Source: Scyliorhinus canicula
Lineage: Eukaryota
Direction of reading: 5' to 3'
Assembly: GCF_902713615.1 (NCBI RefSeq)
Contig: NC_052156.1
Coordinates: forward strand, 125,465,120 to 125,529,119
Length of the DNA: 64,000 nucleotides
The position numbers and the translations under genes were made by a program. Positions 62,401 through 64,000 of this stretch are shown here, one piece after another (the first letter of the stretch is position 1; each line of letters begins with the position of its first letter). Under the pieces are notes generated by a model. That model searched no databases. It was given only the letters and a program-made list of their open reading frames with translations, and was not told where the DNA came from.

Positions 62401-63561
62401 GCAGGCCAGTGAGCTACAATATGGTGAGACAGGTCAGCGAGCTGTAATATGGCGAGACAGGCCAGTGAGCTGCAATATGGCGAGACAGGCCAGCGAGCTG
62501 CAATATGGCGAGACAGGCCAGCGAGCTGCAATATGGCGAGACAGGACAGTGAGCTGCAATATGGCGAGACAGGCCAGTGAGCTGCAATATGGTGAGACAG
62601 GCCAGCGAGCTGCAATATGGCGAGACAGGCCAGTGAGCTGCAATATGGCGAGACAGGGCAGAGAGCTGCAATATGGCGAGACAGGCCAGCGAGCTGCAAT
62701 ATGGCGAGACAGGGCAGTGAGCTGCAATATGGTGAGACAGGCCAGCGAGCTGCAATATGGCGAGACAGGGCAGTGAGCTGCAATATGGCGAGACAGGGCA
62801 GTGAGCTGCAATATGGTGAGACAGGCCAGCGAGCTGCAATATGGCGAGACAGGGCAGTGAGCTGCAATATGGCAAGACAGGCCAGTGAGCTGCAATATGG
62901 TGATACAGGCCAGTGAGCTGCAATATGGTGAGACAGGGCAGTGAGCTGCAATATGGCGAGACAGGCCAGTGAGCTGCAAAATGGCGAGACAGGACAGTGA
63001 GCAGCAATATGGCGAGACAGGCCAGTGAGCTGCAATATGGCGAGACAGGGCAGTGAGCTGCAATATGGCGAGACAGGCCAGTGAGCTGCAATATGACGAG
63101 ACAGGCCAGTGAGCTGCAAAATGGCGAGACAAGACAGCGAGCTGCAATATGGCGAGACAGGCCAGTGAGCTGCAATATGGCGAGACAGGCCAGTGAGCTG
63201 CAATATGGCGAGACAGGCCAGTGAGCTGCAAAATGGCGAGGCAGGGCAGTGAGCAGCAATATGGCGAGACAGGGCAGAGAGCTGCAATATGGCGAGACAG
63301 GACAGTGAGCAGCAATATGGCGAGACAGGCCAGCGAGCTGCAATATGGCGAGACAGGACAGTGAGCTGCAATATGGCGAGACAGGCCAGCGAGCTGCAAT
63401 ATGGCGAGACAGGCCAGTGAGCTGCAATATGGCGAGACAGGCCAGTGAGCTGCAATATGGCGAGACAGGCCAGTGAGCTGCAATATGGCGAGACAGGCCA
63501 GTGAGCTGCAATATGGCGAGACAGGCCAGCGAGCGAGCTGCAATATGGCGAGACAGGCCAG
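53463..63561 (+). repeat. 28-bp tandem satellite/minisatellite, about 360 units, consensus GGCCAGTGAGCTGCAATATGGCGAGACA
   Basis: Directly visible; ~10.1 kb divided by 28. Recurrent variants: GGCC/GGAC/GGGC, AGTG/AGCG, GGCG/GGTG/GGCA, and +4-bp GCGA/GCGG insertions. Confidence 0.99.
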
Positions 63562-63650
63562 AAGAAAAATACTTTTCACTGTACCTCGGTACACGTAACA
63601 GTAAACAAATCCAATCCAATCCAATCCAATCCAATCCAATCCAATCCAAT
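63562..63650 (+). mobile_element. Isolated LINE 3' tail (L2 or Rex-Babar type) with stem-loop and (CCAAT)n microsatellite
   Basis: ATACTTTTCAC TGTAC-CTCG-GTACA hairpin, AGTAAA (AATAAA-like), then (TCCAA) x ~8. Confidence 0.7.
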
Positions 63651-64000
63651 CATATTTGGGCCCGAGATGAGCTTCAACCCACATATCTATGACATCACTC
63701 AGACTGGCTTTTTCCAGCTCCTCTACACAGCCCAACTCCACCCTTGATTCATGCCTTGATAACCTCTAGACATGATAATTCCAATGCACTCCTATCCAGC
63801 CTCCTATCATTCATCTTCTAGAAACTTAATTTCATCTAAGCTTCTGCTGTCTGAATCCTAACTCTGATCAAGTCCTATTCATTCATTAATCCTGCGTTCG
63901 ATAACCTACATTGGCTCTCAGTTAAGCAATGCTTCGATTTCAAAATGCTCATTCTCACTTCCAAATCCCACAGCGGGCTATTCTTTCCCTACATATGTAA
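63651..64000 (+). mobile_element. Degenerate L2 LINE ORF2 C-terminal fragment
   Basis: Decayed IF.PEMSF.PHI..IT.T.FF.L, LIHA.ITSR.D..NALL..LP and LHWL.VKQ..DFK.LIL. Confidence 0.75.

Noticed and set aside
53463-63561. CRISPR-like array
   Set aside because: Units are head-to-tail with no unique spacers, there are no cas genes, and the context is vertebrate.
53311-63660. Possible TSD CATATTGGG / CATATTTGGG around the array plus LINE tail
   Set aside because: The match is short and has an indel. The right copy is explained by L2 coding sequence and the left lies inside an unrelated element.
53371-63741. Very long minus-strand ORFs (up to 1622 aa) of repeating LQLTGLSRHIAAHWPVSPYCSSLACLAI
   Set aside because: Artefact. 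The 28-bp unit has no stop triplet on the minus strand, and because 28 is not a multiple of 3 all three frames give the same 28-aa cycle. Frame-shifting 4-bp insertions are tolerated and no frame is preferred.

Overview
Repeat-dominated vertebrate DNA with no host protein-coding gene that I can support. The repeat complement (HE1-type V-SINEs with CR1 tails, DeuSINE-like relics, Penelope fragments, GC-rich L1) points by inference to a cartilaginous fish, probably a catshark. Every recognisable ORF is a decayed transposon ORF: CR1, L1, L2 and Penelope LINE fragments, and a 3'-truncated Gypsy element (LTR-PBS-gag-PR-RT-RH-IN, 43215-47740). Four complete GC-rich PIF/Harbinger-like MITEs carry 3-bp TSDs. 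A three-level L1>L1>SINE nest at 47863-52153 has traceable TSDs for both L1s. The dominant structure is a ~10.1 kb array of a 28-bp unit (53463-63561). Its consensus unit contains a perfect YY1 consensus (CGCCATnTT), it has 768-bp and 480-bp higher-order blocks, and it ends directly on a LINE 3' stem-loop/(CCAAT)n tail; its huge minus-strand ORFs are artefacts. Other notable items are very short TSD-flanked Penelope insertions built around a minimal hammerhead ribozyme motif, an ORF2-less (HAL1-like) L1, modular SINE head/tail swapping, a 47-bp inverted duplication, and an RFX/NF-Y/ETS motif cluster in apparently unique DNA. Family names are by-eye recognition with no database search. Coordinates of old degenerate elements are approximate.
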